The notes under the pieces were generated by a model. That model was not told the origin of the DNA and searched no databases. It worked only from the letters and a program-made list of their open reading frames with translations. A stretch of DNA of 64,000 nt. Source: Chiloscyllium plagiosum. Its lineage: Eukaryota. The stretch spans positions 7,651,387-7,715,386 of the forward strand of contig NC_057750.1 in NCBI RefSeq assembly GCF_004010195.1, in the 5' to 3' direction. The position numbers and the translations under genes were made by a program. Positions 49,605-62,040 of the stretch are shown piece after piece; within the stretch, counting starts at the first letter, position 1; the number at the start of each line of letters is the position of its first letter.

Positions 49605-50025
49605 GAGTGTCACAGAGCACAGTAACAGTCCCCTTTGGTCCAACCTGTCCATGCCGACCAGATTTCCCAACTGAACTAGTCCCATTTGCCTACATTTGGC
49701 CTCTAACCCTTTCCTATTCATGTATCTGAGCAAATATCTTTTAAATATTGTAATTGTACCAGCCTCCACCACTTCCCCTGGTAGTTCGTTCCACACACGC
49801 ACCACCCTCTGCGTGAAAAAGTTGCCCCTCAGGTCCCTTTTAAATCTTCCGCCACCCTGGGGAAAAGACCTCGATTATTCACCCTATCCATGCCCCTCAT
49901 AATTGTATCCTCCTCTAGAAGGTCAGCCCTCGGTCTCTGACGCTCCAGTGAAAAAAGTCCCAGCGTCTTCTTATAACACAAACCCTCCAGTCTCAGCAAC
50001 ATCCTGGTAAAACTTTTCTGTACCT
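49605..50025 (-). mobile_element. CR1-type LINE 3' fragment
   Basis: VWNELPGEVVEAG; standard tail. Confidence 0.8.
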
Positions 50026-51547
50026 TCCTACTCTGCCACGGTTGGTCAATCCTGTGGCTCCGGGCCGGGGGGGGACTTTTTCGTCAAGTTCCTCTGTGTA
50101 CAGCCCCGCTGTCACCCAGAGCATTGCCCTAAGCAGAAAGAGCACAGTCTAACTTGCAGAGTAAGCAGCAAACAAACCACAAGGTGGAGGAAGCACCGAC
50201 TTCCTGCCGCACAGCGAGCGATCTGCAGCTGAATACAAACCTCCCCCTTCCCAGCCCAGTCAGAATTAAATAGACCGTACGGTGAAGGGACAAGCCAATC
50301 TGCTCCACAATTCCCATACCACATCCTCCACTCCCCTTCTCCCTCGTGTCTATCAAACTTTCACTTGAAGCTGTCTACACTAACCTCAAATTGCATTTTC
50401 ACCCTCATAGAACATTACAGCACAGCTTCAGCTCTCGATGTTGCACTGACCAGTGGAACCAATCTGAAACCCATCTAACCTACACTGTTCCATTATCATC
50501 CATATGTTTATCTAATGACCATTTAAAGTTGGCGACTCGACTACTGCTGCAAGCAGTATGTTCCATGTCCCTACTGCTCTCTGTGTAAAGAACTTACCTC
50601 TGAGATCTGCCCTATATCTATCACCCCTCAATTTAAAGCTATGTCCCCTCGTGCTAACCATCACCATCCCAGGAAAATCTCTTCTTGTATCCCAAACAGG
50701 GAATGCAGGAGATGTTCCAGACAAAGCCTTGGCCCATCTCTCTCTCTCTTCACCAGGAATTGCTGATGAAGGGCTTATGCCTGAAATATCGACTCTCCTG
50801 CTCCTCGGATGCTGCCTGACCTGCTGTGCTTTTCCAGCAACACACTCCAACTCTGATCTCTGCAGTCCTCTCTCTCTCTATGCTGCCTTAATCCTTGCAA
50901 ATCATTTCCCATTTGCACTTTTCACTATTTTTATTGACCATACTAAAGATTCCACAGGAAAATTTGTTTATAGTTCATATCTGGAGGTATTTTCTTTAAA
51001 AAAAAGATGCTCAAGTAAATAAGGAGAGAAAGAACAAGTTACTCCATCACAGAAACCTGACATGAAATTGAAATAATATATTAAAGCTATTCCGGTCTAA
51101 TAAGACTATAAGAACCAGGATACAATTTACGTATTCTGGAATCATCACAAAAGTGACAGACTTTAAACAGCATGCAAGGATTCCCTAATTTGCTGGCTTT
51201 CCAGCCCGGTTGACAGAAAGGGCAGGTTTTTGTATTTAAAGACTCTAATTAGAGGCAAACATCAACATATAGCTTCGCTAATTAGAACTTTAATTCTCTT
51301 ACAAATTTCCCCCACTGGGGAAAAGAAATGGGGTTATGGATGGAGGTAAAAACCAGGAAGACATTTCTGTGGTTCCTGTTCACCAGATCTGCTTAGACTC
51401 TTGTACCAAGTGCTGGTAAATGGGACTGGATTTATTTAAGAGATCTGGTTGGCAGAGCTGAGTTGGACCAAAGAGAGTGTTTCCGTACTGCATAACTCTA
51501 CGACTCCATCTGTACAAAACCACTTCCGTTTGCCTGCGAACTACATG

Positions 51548-51775
51548 AGGCAAAAGTGAGGACTGCAGATGCTGGAAACCAGACTTTAGATCAGAGTGGT
51601 GCTGGAAAAGCACAGCAGATCAGGCCGCATCCGAGCAGGAAAATTGACATTTCGGGCAAAAGCCCTTCATCAGCTTCCATTCCTGATGAAGGGCTTTTGC
51701 CCGAAACGTTGATTTTCCTGCTCCTCAGATGCTGCCTGACCTGCTGTGCTTTTCCAGCACCACTCTGATCTAAAC
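51548..51775. mobile_element. Inverted PLE-end element (family A)
   Basis: Arms 51587-51673 and 51683-51773 are reverse complements; two hammerhead-like cores back to back. Confidence 0.78.
51679..51714 (+). ncRNA. Hammerhead motif (family A), GUU triplet, weak stem I
   Basis: AUUC-CUGAUGA-A-GGGC(UUUU)GCCC-GAAAC-GUU|GAUU. Confidence 0.55.
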
Positions 51776-51972
51776 TGGGAACTACACACCCACCATTACT
51801 TGAACATGCAGCTGTGTAAGCAACACTTGCAATGAGCACCAGCCTACTTATTTCAAAACATACAATCGTCCAGTCATGCTGGGATTTGCAAAACTGCTTT
51901 TTTCTGATTTCAGTCCACAATTCAAAACAAAAACTACATTTGTGTAGGGGCCTGCTTTTGCTCAACAACACG

Positions 51973-52287
51973 GGACGGCATGGTGGCTCAATGGTTAGCC
52001 CTGCTGCCTCACAGTGCCAGGGACCTGGGTTCGATTCCAGCGTCGGGCAGACTGTCTGTGTGGCGTTTGCACGTTCTCCCTGTGTCTGCGTGGGTTTGCT
52101 CCGGTTTCCTCCCACAGTCCAAAGATGTGCAGGTTAGGCTGAATTACCCATAGTGTTCAGGGATGTGTAGGTTAGGTGCATTAGTCAGGAGTAAATGGAG
52201 AGAAATAGGGTAACGGGAATGGGTCTGGGTGGGATACTCTTCTGAGTGTGGGCTTGTTGGGCCTGTTTCCACACTGTGGGGATTCTA
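51973..52287 (+). mobile_element. HE1/V-SINE-type SINE
   Basis: A and B boxes, V-domain, tail. Confidence 0.8.
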
Positions 52288-52834
52288 CGAACTGACAAAA
52301 AGTTGCAGACAACACTTTCTCTTTTTAAAGGAAATCTAGAAATAGTTGGTGGAGATCCAAGGGACCACTCGTTTATGACAGACATAAGAAGTGTTAACCT
52401 TCTTACCGAGAATCATCATTATTTGCAATTCTCTCCCAACGAGAGCAGCAGGGGCTGCGGCATTGAAAATACTCAAGGCTGATTGACAGACTTTCTTTTT
52501 GATAGAGACAGGAGTGTGGCAAGGGCTATCAGGGGCAGAGGTAAAAGCAGGAAAGCAGCCACAATCAGACAATCTTATCGAACGAAGGATCTCGAGTTCT
52601 ATAACACGAAAGCCAGGCTCATGCATCGCAAACACGACCAACTTTTGCACCAGCTCCTTTCAGAATCTCAACGTCCCAATAAACAATACAGATAACAATG
52701 AGAAAGTGCTGTAACATCGGAACTGCTGTAGACAGTTTGTCCACAGCAGAACGCCACAAACAGCAATGAGATCATTCATCACCGTGACATTGGTAGAGGG
52801 ATGCATAATTGAGACGGAGCAGGACTGCTTTATG

Positions 52835-53150
52835 ATTAGATTTGATTAGATCTCCTACAGCGTGGAAACAGGCCCTTCGGCCCAACAAGTCAACCCTCCG
52901 ACGAGTAACCCACCCAGACCCATTTCCCTTTAACTAATGCACCTAACCCTTTGGGCAATTTAGCGTGGCCAAATCAGCTGACCTGCACATCTTTGGACTG
53001 TGGGAGGAAACCGGAGCACCCGGAGGAAACCCACGCAGACACTGGGAGAACGTGCAAACTCCACACAGACAGACAGTCACCCAAGGCTGGAATCGAACCT
53101 GGGATCCTGGCGCTGTGAGGCACCAGTGCTAACCACCGAGCCACCGTGCT
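52835..53150 (-). mobile_element. HE1/V-SINE-type SINE
   Basis: Full head to tail on minus. Confidence 0.82.
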
Positions 53151-53716
53151 ATCCCATTTATTTGAATAATGTGAATGGCAGCAATAAATAATGATAATCC
53201 ATTACTGAGGGGAGGTAACGTGGTTTAATTAATTTGGAGCATTAGCCTGTTTTTCAGCAATTGCCACGTCATGCCTGGGTACACAATGCAATGATTTAGC
53301 GCAGCGGTAACATTCTAGATGGAGTGGCTTAATGAGCTCAATCTCAAACACCCAGTGATATTAAACGCCCCAAGGAGCCAGGGCAGTGGATAATAGGAGA
53401 GGGAAAGATGGGCTAGTGTGAGGACAGGGGGGATAAGGGTGGGGAGGAGGGGGAAAAAGGGAGAAGGGGAGCGAGGATGGGCAAATTTGGGGAAAGAGAG
53501 AGAAGGGGGACAATGGTGGGTGGAGAAGGGTGGGCAGAGAGAGATGAGGCGAGCGTGGGTGAAGAGGATGGGCGGAGGGAGAGAGAAGGGGGCAGGAGGA
53601 AAGAAGGGAAGAGCAAGGAGGGGATAAGGGGACAAGGGAAGGGAAGAGGAAACAGAGGGAGGGCCACACACACACACACAGACACAGACGGAGACACAGA
53701 TGCCATTGGCTCTCAC

Positions 53717-53855
53717 CCGATAACACAACTTCAATCAGGTCTCCTTCCTGGATATCGTGCCCAGATTTCACCAGCTGCAGGATATTGTCCGAGGTCGGGT
53801 TGTGTCTGAAGAGGAGGATTTTGTCGTACATTCCATAGAAGCCGCATTCTGGGAA
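53717..53855 (-). CDS. PRKD2: PKD exon 2 (139 nt) [46 protein letters not shown]
   Basis: tgtccag acceptor, gtgaga donor, phase 0 to 1; conserved PKD N-terminal ubiquitin-like domain sequence. Confidence 0.96.
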
Positions 53856-54149
53856 CTGGACAGAAACCAGGACACAACAGATCAGACTTTCAGGAACTTA
53901 GGGGGGTTCTGTACAGAGCATAGCCCCCTCTGCACTTACATCACTGCATCACCATGGTATAGAGGTTTTGTTCCTGGACTATTAATCCGCCGACCCAGCT
54001 AATGATCTGGGGAGTGAGGTCTGAATCCCACCACAGCAGATGGAATTGGAGTTCAAGCTTTAACAAAAAGAAATCTGTAATCAAGAGTCTAACGATAGCA
54101 GGCTGTTTCTGGCAATCAGCCAATCTAGTTTACTAATATTCTTTAGAGT

Positions 54150-54625
54150 CATAATCAGAGATGAACCCTTCGGTCCAACTCGTCTATGCAGGCCAGATAT
54201 TCTAAATTAATCTAGTCCCATTTGCCAGCACTTAGCCCATATCCATCCAAACCCTTCCTATTGATATAACCATCCAGATGCCTTTTAATTGTTGTAATTG
54301 TACCAGCCTCCACCACTTCCCTCCGGCAGCTCATTCCATTCACGCACCACCCTCTGTGTGAAAAGGTTGCCCCTTATGTCCTTTTTAAATCTTTCCCCTC
54401 TCACCCTAAACCTATGCCCTCCAGCTCTGGATTCCCCCACCCCAGGGAAAGGATCTTGTCTATTCACCCTATCCATGCCCCTCATGATTTTATAAAGCTC
54501 TGTAAGGTCACTCCTCAACCTCGGATGCTCCAGGAAAAACAGTCCCAGCCTATGCAGCCTCTCCTTATAATGCAAAACCTTTAACTCAGGCAACATCCTG
54601 CTCATTATTTTTTCTGAACCCTTAG
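54150..54625 (-). mobile_element. CR1-type LINE 3' fragment
   Basis: YKERLHRLGLFFLE..FTQRVVREWNELP. Confidence 0.8.
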
Positions 54626-55074
54626 ACCCCACTTTTCGGGTGAGCAATGTCTCATGGTCTAAAATCTTACAACCACAAATCCACAAGATCACAGGATCCC
54701 TTCCCTGCACCAGAGTGTTTTTTTGGAAGGTGCCTCCTCGATGACATCCAAGGTTGACCCAGACAGATTTGAGATCTACGGGAGAGTCAGACAGACACAT
54801 GAAACCCAAGACATTGACTTCTCCCCCTCCTGATGCTGCCTGGCTTGCTTCTTCTCCCAGCCTCCTGCCTGCCTTGCTGTGTTCTCTCAGCCTCCTGCCT
54901 GGCTTGCTGTGTTCCCCCAGCCTCCTGCCTGTCCCTCCTGATGCTGCCTGCCTTGCTGTGTTCTCCCAGCCTCCTGCTTGTCTAATATGAAATAGCAGCA
55001 GACAAAGATCATTCGGCCCAGCTTCACCATTCAGTAAGACTATGCGATTGTTTTTCAATTTCCAATCCCAGCTT

Positions 55075-55400
55075 TTTGATTTCATTTGATTTATTATTGT
55101 CACATGAACCTAGGCACAGTGAAAAATTCTGTTTTGCGTTCGGGCGATAGGACAGGGCAGGGAATACAGTGTTTCAGCTGCAGAGAAGGTGCGCAAAGAG
55201 TGAGATCAACATTAAATTTAAAATTTGAGAGGTCCATTCAACAGCAGGGAAGAGCTGTTCTTGAATCTGTTGGCACATGCGTTTCAGCGTTTGTATCTTC
55301 TGCCCGATATTGGAAGATTATAACTGGAGTGGCAGGGGTCTTAGACAGTGCTGGGTGCCTTCCTGAGGCGGCTGGAAGTATAGACAGTCAATGGATGGGA
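55075..55400 (-). mobile_element. Rex1-type LINE 3' fragment
   Basis: Reverse complement resembles the 45300-45543 tail; related copy at 61270-61500. Confidence 0.6.
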
Positions 55401-55621
55401 GAAAGCAAATTACTGCGGATGCTGGAATCTGAAACCAAAAGAGAAAATGCTGGAAAATCTCAGCAGCTCTGGCAGCATCTGTACGGAGAGAAAGAACTGA
55501 CGTTTTGAGTCTAACTGTCAGCTTTGACATAGGGTCAGTTAGACTCGAAACATCAGCTCTTTTCTCTCCTTACAGATGCTGCCAGAACTGCTCAGATTTT
55601 CCAGCATTTTCTCTTATGGTT
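55401..55621. mobile_element. Palindromic PLE-end element (family B) with small central deletion
   Basis: Homologous to 58447-58673; flanked by tcaatggat(g/a)gga duplication (55388-55400, 55622-55634). Confidence 0.7.
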
Positions 55622-55664
55622 TCAATGGATAGGAGGCTGGTTTGTGCGTTGGATTCAGCTCTTT

Positions 55665-55960
55665 GCAGTGTGGAAACAGGCCCTTCGGCCCAACAAGTCC
55701 ACACCAACCCTCCAAAGAGTAACCCACCCAGACCCATTTCCCTCTGACTGATCCATCTAACACTATGGATAATTTAGCATGGCCAATTCACCTAACCTGC
55801 AGAGTTTTGGACTGTGGGAGGAAACCGGAGCACTCGGAGGAAACCCACGCAGACACGGGGAGAACGTGCAAACTCCACACAGACGACAGTCACCCAAGGC
55901 GGGAATCAAACCTGGGAACCTGGTGCTGTGAGGCAGCAGTGCTAACCACTGAGCCACCGG
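55665..55960 (-). mobile_element. HE1/V-SINE-type SINE
   Basis: Full head to tail on minus. Confidence 0.8.
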
Positions 55961-56689
55961 GCCACAGAGCGATTGCCATGCCAAGCTGAAATGGAAAGGA
56001 TCTTTTCAATGGTTAAATTGCTAAGGGGCTTTACGGACATGGACCTTTCACTATTTTTATTACCCACACTAAACATTCCACAAGGAAATTCATTTACGGT
56101 TCATAACTGGAGTTTTTTTTAAAAAAAAAGAGATACTCAAGTAAATAACATGAGGAAGAGAACAAGTTACTCCATCATAAAAACCGGACTCAAAATTAAA
56201 ATATGTATTAAAGTTATTCCCGTTTTATAAGACCATATGAAATAGGAACAGGCGCAGGCCATTCGGCCCGTTCCAGCCTGCTCTGTCATTCAAATTGGAT
56301 CATGGTCGATCTGACGTTCCTCACGTCCGCTTTCCTTCCCTTTCCCTTCACCCTCGATTCCCCGACCAATCAAGAATCTCTCTCAGCCTTAAATATACAC
56401 AAGGACTCTGCCCCCACAGCTCTCTGTGGCAAGGGGTTCCACAGACACTCAACTCTCAGAACAAAGTCCTCCACAGCTCAGTCTTAAATTCATTCCAAGA
56501 ACTTGATTAATCTGTGTCCCACTCCCCGAGCACATAATCGCATTCAAACATCAGCTCCTGTTGAAAGATCTTTACAGAAAAGGACACAGAGGTTTAGGAG
56601 CTGATGTGTTGTGTACCTGAAGCACTGCAGTGTTTTCTCTGAGTGCACCCAGCAGTAATACAGACCGAATGTGTTACTGTAGTTTCTAA

Positions 56690-56995
56690 TGGTATTAGGC
56701 AGAGTAACTGCCGTACCAAGCTGTGATGTATCCAGATAGGTTGCTTTCTGTGGTGCGTCTGTAAAAATTGCTCAGTGTCTTTACAGACACGCTGAATTTC
56801 CTTAGCCTCCTGAGGAAGGAGAGACGTGCTTTCTTGATCTTTGTGGATGGACCAGAGACAGATAGTTGGTGATTGTCACTCCCAGGAACCTGACACTCTC
56901 CACCGTTGGTGTCGATAGGGGTGTGCGTCCCACCTTGCTTCCTGAAGTCAACAACCACCTCTCATTTTGCTGATGTCGAGGGAGAGATAGTTAAC
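56690..56995 (-). mobile_element. Rex1-type LINE RT fragment
   Basis: MVVDFRK..FLRRLRKF..LSNFYRRTTESNLSGYITAWYGS. Confidence 0.7.
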
Positions 56996-57371
56996 CTTAT
57001 GCCAACACTCAAATAGTCTTCGATTCCTTTAACCAACAAGAAATCTACGTGCCTCCCCTTCAAATATTCAACGACCCTACCTCTGGCTCCTTCTGAAGTG
57101 GAGAGTTCTAGTCCTTTGAAAAATAAAATCTCTTCTTTATACTGAGAGTGACCCTCTCCACCCCTAAACCCAAATGTGAAACTGTTCCCGCCCAACTGCA
57201 GACTGAACTGCAGGAGGAAATATCCTTTCCATGTACATCTTGCCAGGATTATTTAGGACCTTACACACTTCAATAAATTCTCCCCCTCACTTCTGATCTC
57301 CAGCGGAAAACAAACCCACTCGAGGATTGTTGGTTAGCAGCCAGTAAACACTGAGTTCAGGCCACAATCAA

Positions 57372-57702
57372 GGGTGGCATGGTGGCTCACAGCGCCAGAG
57401 ACCCGGGTTCAATTCCCACCTCAGGCAACTGTCTGTGTGGAGTTTGTACATTCTCCCCGTGTCTGCGGGAGTTTCCTCCGGGTGCTCCGGTTTCCTCCCA
57501 CAGTCCAAAAACGTGCAGGTTAGGTGAACTGGCCATGCTAAATTGCCCGTAGTGTTAGGTGAAAGGGTAAATGTAGGGGAATGGGTCTGGGTGGGTTGCG
57601 CTTCGGCAGGTTGGTGTGGACGTGTTGGGCCGAAGGGCCTGTTTCCACGTGTGGACGTGTTGGGCCGAAGGGCCTGTTTCCACACTGTAAGTAATCTAAT
57701 CA
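57372..57702 (+). mobile_element. HE1/V-SINE-type SINE with duplicated tail segment
   Basis: V-domain; gtgtggacgtgttgggccgaagggcctgtttccac occurs twice. Confidence 0.8.
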
Positions 57703-58539
57703 AACCAGCCTTGATTCGAGCCAATGGTGGGGGAAAACAGGCTTGATGGGCTGAACGGCCTAATTCTGGTCCTTTTTCTTCTATTCTTGTAAACTATCTT
57801 CACCACAGACTATTATTTATTAATCTACGGGATGTGAGCATCACTGGTTAGACCATTGCGGACACAGTTTATAGTTGCCTTGGAAACAATTCTAAGTTCA
57901 CTCAGCAGATCCCTGGGATTAGAGGTTGTTTCAGGAGGAAAATTTGAGCCCTTTTCTCCCCCTAATTCACTCACGGGAATGTGAGCATCCCTAGCTGGGC
58001 CCAGCATTTCTTGCCCATCCCTAATTGCCCCAGAGGGCAGTTAAGAGTCAACCACATTGCTGTGGGTCTGGAGTCACATGTAGACCAGACCAGGTAAGGG
58101 TGGCAGATTTCCTTCGCTGAGCTTTATTAGTCAGGTGGAGAGAATGGAGAAAAATCAAATTATTTTGCATGCTTTTTAAAGAACAGAACCTACTTTTACA
58201 AGACTGCAACTTTACTTTTAAATTTCGAAATGAACCCGCTCAGACAGGGTCTAGGCACAGCCCTGAGGCGGGAGAAACTTAAACCTGTCTCTTCAGGCCC
58301 AGAGCAAAAGGACACTACCAGTGCATTACAATTCTTTCACAAGAGCTCCACTCACTAAAACCAGAGACATAGCTTTAAAGAGGTATAAGCGCGAGTGAAA
58401 AAAGAGAGATCGAGGCAGAGCAAGCGAACAAGAGAAAGAGAGATGAAAGCAAATTACTGCGGATGCTGGAATCTGAAGCCAAGAGAGAAAATGCTGGAAA
58501 ATCTCAGCAGGTCTGGCAGCATCTGTAAGGAGAGAAAAG

Positions 58540-58578
58540 AGCTGACGTTTCAAGTCTCACTGACCCTTTGTCAAAGCT
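58540..58578 (-). ncRNA. Mirror hammerhead motif with U3-A8 core (family B)
   Basis: AGCU-UUGACAA-A-GGGUC(AGUGA)GACUU-GAAAC-GUC|AGCU; shares the central AGCT with the plus-strand copy. Confidence 0.6.
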
Positions 58579-58613
58579 TTGACAAAGGGTCAGTTAGACT
58601 CGAAACGTCAGCT
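58575..58613 (+). ncRNA. Minimal hammerhead motif with U3-A8 core variant (family B)
   Basis: AGCU-UUGACAA-A-GGGUC(AGUUA)GACUC-GAAAC-GUC|AGCU. Confidence 0.65.
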
Positions 58614-59749
58614 CTTTTCTCTCCTTACAGATGCTGCCAGACCTGCTGAGATTTTCCAGCATTTTCTCTTTGGGTAAGAGAAAGAGAGAGAAAGCAAAGG
58701 CGAGCTAGAGTGAGTGAGCAAGACAAAAAGTGAGCGAGAAAGCGAGCGAGAAAGGGAGAAAGTGAGACACAGAGACATGAGAGACAGACACAAAGAGAGT
58801 ATGAGTGTGTGGAAGTGTGAGAGAGAAAGAAAGAGTGAAAGAGAACGTAGAGAAAGAAAAAGTGTAAGGAGACATCATCTCACCTTTTAGAAATGACTTA
58901 ATGTTCATCTAAATGGCTTGAAAGTATAGCAGTTTATATTGAGCACAGCAAGATCTCCGGAAAAAAGAAACCTGATTAAAAGTGGGAATCAATACTTGTG
59001 TTTTTGTGTGTGTGCGTGCGTGTGTTTGTGTGTTTTTGTTTGCGTGTGTTTTCATGCGTGTGTATTTTCGTGTGTGTGTATGTTTTCATGTGTCTGTTTT
59101 TGAGAGTGTGTTCTTGTGTGTGTACATGTGTTCGCGTGTGTGTGTTGGGGGGAGGAAGAGGGAGAGGAGGGGGAAGGGGAATGGAACTAACAAACCATTT
59201 GTCACAAGTGGCCAACCATGTGGACAAGAAAGTCTTAATGTGGGCTCGAGCGACCAGGAACAGCCCTGTGTTCTTAATGCCTGCCATTGTGGATTGATCG
59301 TTAACCTGCTGGTCTTATCAGACCACGCCTACTGAGGCTATTCATGTCCTGGAGTAGGAATTGAACCAGGGGTTTTCAGCCCAGAGTTGGCAATGCTACC
59401 CCTTGGGCTACAGATCCTCAAGAAACCTTGTCGCATGAAGAGAGAGAGAGAGAGAGAGGGGGAGGGAGGGAGTGAGAGAGAGTGTGAGTATGTGGATTTT
59501 TTTTTAAACAAGGAGAAAATGTTTCATTCATTAGATGTACAAATAAATCGTCAAGCAATTCAAGTTCCTGAGATGCGAAAAGCACCTAATATCTCTGGAG
59601 ACGGAAATGCAAGAGGAAGTTTCTACCTGAGACAAAGCAGGCTTGACCCAAGAGCAGAAACACTCTTCCATTCTCCAGCCGCCAGCTACCAATCCACCCC
59701 CTGCAGCTAACACAAAATTCAGCCAATTGGCTAATTTTTGCAATGGGGG

Positions 59750-60285
59750 AATGTGAGGACTGCAGAGGCTGGAAAACAGAGTCAAAAATGTGTTGCTGGA
59801 AAAGCACAGCAGGTCAGGCAACAGAGGAGCAGGAAAATTGACGTTTCAGCCATATGCCCTTTGTCAGGAATGAGGCTTTTGGGCCAGGAAGGGGAGCTGA
59901 GAGATAAATGGGAGGCGGGTGGGGAAGGTAGCTGGGATTACAATGGGTAGATGAAGGTGGGGTTAATGGTTGGTGGGGAAGGTGGAGCAGACAGGTGGGA
60001 AGGAAGATGCACAGGTCAAGAGGGTGGTGCCGAGTTGGAAGTTTGGGACTGGGCTAAGGTGGGGGCAGGGGAAATTAGGAAACTGGTGAAATCCACATTG
60101 ATCCCGCATAGTTGGAGGGTCCCAAAGTGGAAGAGGAGATGTTCTTCCTCCAGGCGTCAGGTGGTTAGGGTTTAGTGACGGAGGCGGCCCAGGACCAGCA
60201 TGTCCTTGGTGGAGTGGGAGGGGGAGTTGAAGTGTTCAGCCACGGGGCGGTGGGGTTGGTCAGTGCGGGTGTCCCAAACATTTAC
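59750..60285 (-). mobile_element. Penelope-like element 3' fragment: GIY-YIG endonuclease C-terminus plus terminal region
   Basis: Minus frame PVAEHFNSPSHSTKDMLVLG..*..*RLEEEHLLFHFGTLQLCGINVDFTSF with stops, followed by the same end sequence as hammerhead family A. Confidence 0.8.
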
Positions 60286-60484
60286 TCATGGGATACGGGG
60301 TGTTGCTGGACTCAAAGCTCCACAGCAGCCTATAGCCCAGAGGACTTAACATTGAGTTCTCAGATTTCAAATAACCTCCCTTCCCATTCCCCAATTCCCT
60401 TCTATTCCCTCACTCACCCTTTCTTGTTTGCTCTTATATAATGTTTCATGCAGTCTTTGCATGGAATCCTGTAAATTACATTAG

Positions 60485-60665
60485 TCTCGATGGGTATCGG
60501 GCGTTTTATTCTGGTGAGCCATTGTCTGAGCATAGCTGTCAGTTTATGGCCTGTCATGAATCCCAGTGCTGGGAGAAGTCTGGCTGTCAGTTCGGAGATG
60601 TCTTTTATAGAAGTGAGAGAGTTAGGTTGTGGTATGTCCTCGTCGCATTGTATGTCTGTTAGAGT
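60485..60665 (-). mobile_element. Second PLE family fragment (RT-endonuclease linker)
   Basis: IKDISELTARLLPALGFMTGHKLTAMLRQWLTRIKRPIP resembles the PLE linker pattern LPYI..SE...RLL...G....KP. Confidence 0.55.
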
Positions 60666-61669
60666 TCCTTCCCGGTCTCTGGCTCAAAATCCCACAGAGT
60701 GCTTGGGAGTTACAAGGCAGTGTCTCACCACCAACCTCAAGAGCCCAGCCAGTAATGCTCATATCCCGTGAAGTAGTTGTTAAAAATTCCTTTGGGAAAC
60801 ATGGTGGCCTTTGGTGTTCCCAGCCAGATGCCAAAACACAGAGGACAATAACCATTCCACCAAATACTCCACAGGATTCGAGCATCGTAACCTGAACTAC
60901 CACTTTGGTGAGGGGACAAGAATGCCAGCACAGACGTTATCGATTGAAGTTCACCAAGTTGTGTCTGCCAGGGTGGGTAATGCCAAGAGCAGGGCTGGCA
61001 AACCAAGCTCCTGACCAGGGCCTGCTGGGAAAAGGGTCAGCCATGTCTCAAAGGACAGCAGATCCCCTCGGAGTAAGGAGGTGATGGGTTTGAGCCTCAC
61101 TCGACTGCGACAGACAAGAGAGGAACTGTGCAGATTAGACAGAGATTCGGGGATGTTAAACCAAGGCACCGGCTGCCTTTTGGGGTGGATTTGATAGAAG
61201 ACCCTGTGGTCAACCATTCCAAACAGGAGCAGAGGTGGAAAACTCTGAGCCGACTGGGTGCATAAAAGATTTGGTTTGATTTATTATTGTCACACGTACC
61301 TAGGTACAGTGAAAGGTTTCGTGCAGCGTGCAGTACAGATCATACACAAAGGGTAACAGAACAGGGCGAGGAATACAATGTTACAGCTGCAGAGAAGGTG
61401 CACACAAAGTGAGATCAACATTAAATTTAAAATTTGAAAAGGTCCAGTCCAGTAACAGCGGGGAAGAAACTGTTCTTGAACCTGTTGGTACATGTACACA
61501 AACTTTTATTTATTAAAAGATGTTGGCAGGGTTGGAAGCTGAACACACTTGGGCTGTTTTCCCTGGAGCGGAGACAATTGGGAATGGCCAATAAACACTG
61601 ACCTAGCCAATGATATCATGAATAAATTTTTTTGACAAACCCACAACATAAAGCAGGAACAAATAAGTG

Positions 61670-62040
61670 ACCTGACAGAGGTTTATAAAATCATGAGGGG
61701 TATGGATAGGGTAAATAGACAAGGTCTTTTCCCTGGGGTGGGGGGAGTCCAGAACGAGAGGGCACAGGTTTAGCATGAGAGGGGAAGAATTTAAAAGGGA
61801 CCTGAGGGGCAACTTTTTCACACAGAGGGTGGTACGTGTATGGAATGAGCGGCCAGAAGAAGAGGTGGAGGCTGGTACAATTGCAACATTTAAAAAGCAT
61901 CTGGATGGGTATATGAATAGGATGGGATTAAGAGGGATATGGGCCAAGTGCTAGCAAATGGGACTCTATTAGTTTAGGATATTTGGTCGGCATGGATGAG
62001 TTGGACTGAAGGGTCTGTTTCTGTGCTGTATGACTCTGTG
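61670..62040 (+). mobile_element. CR1-type LINE 3' fragment
   Basis: Standard 3' region and tail. Confidence 0.8.

Larger units (their letters stand above)
58447..58673. mobile_element. Head-to-head palindromic PLE-end element (family B)
   Basis: ~195-bp near-perfect palindrome centred on aagctt (58574-58579); flanking aagagaaagagaga duplication. Confidence 0.75.

Noticed and set aside
53395..53665. Pro/Leu/Ser- or Gly/Arg-rich ORFs next to exon 2
   Set aside because: Purine-rich low-complexity intron sequence downstream of a good donor.
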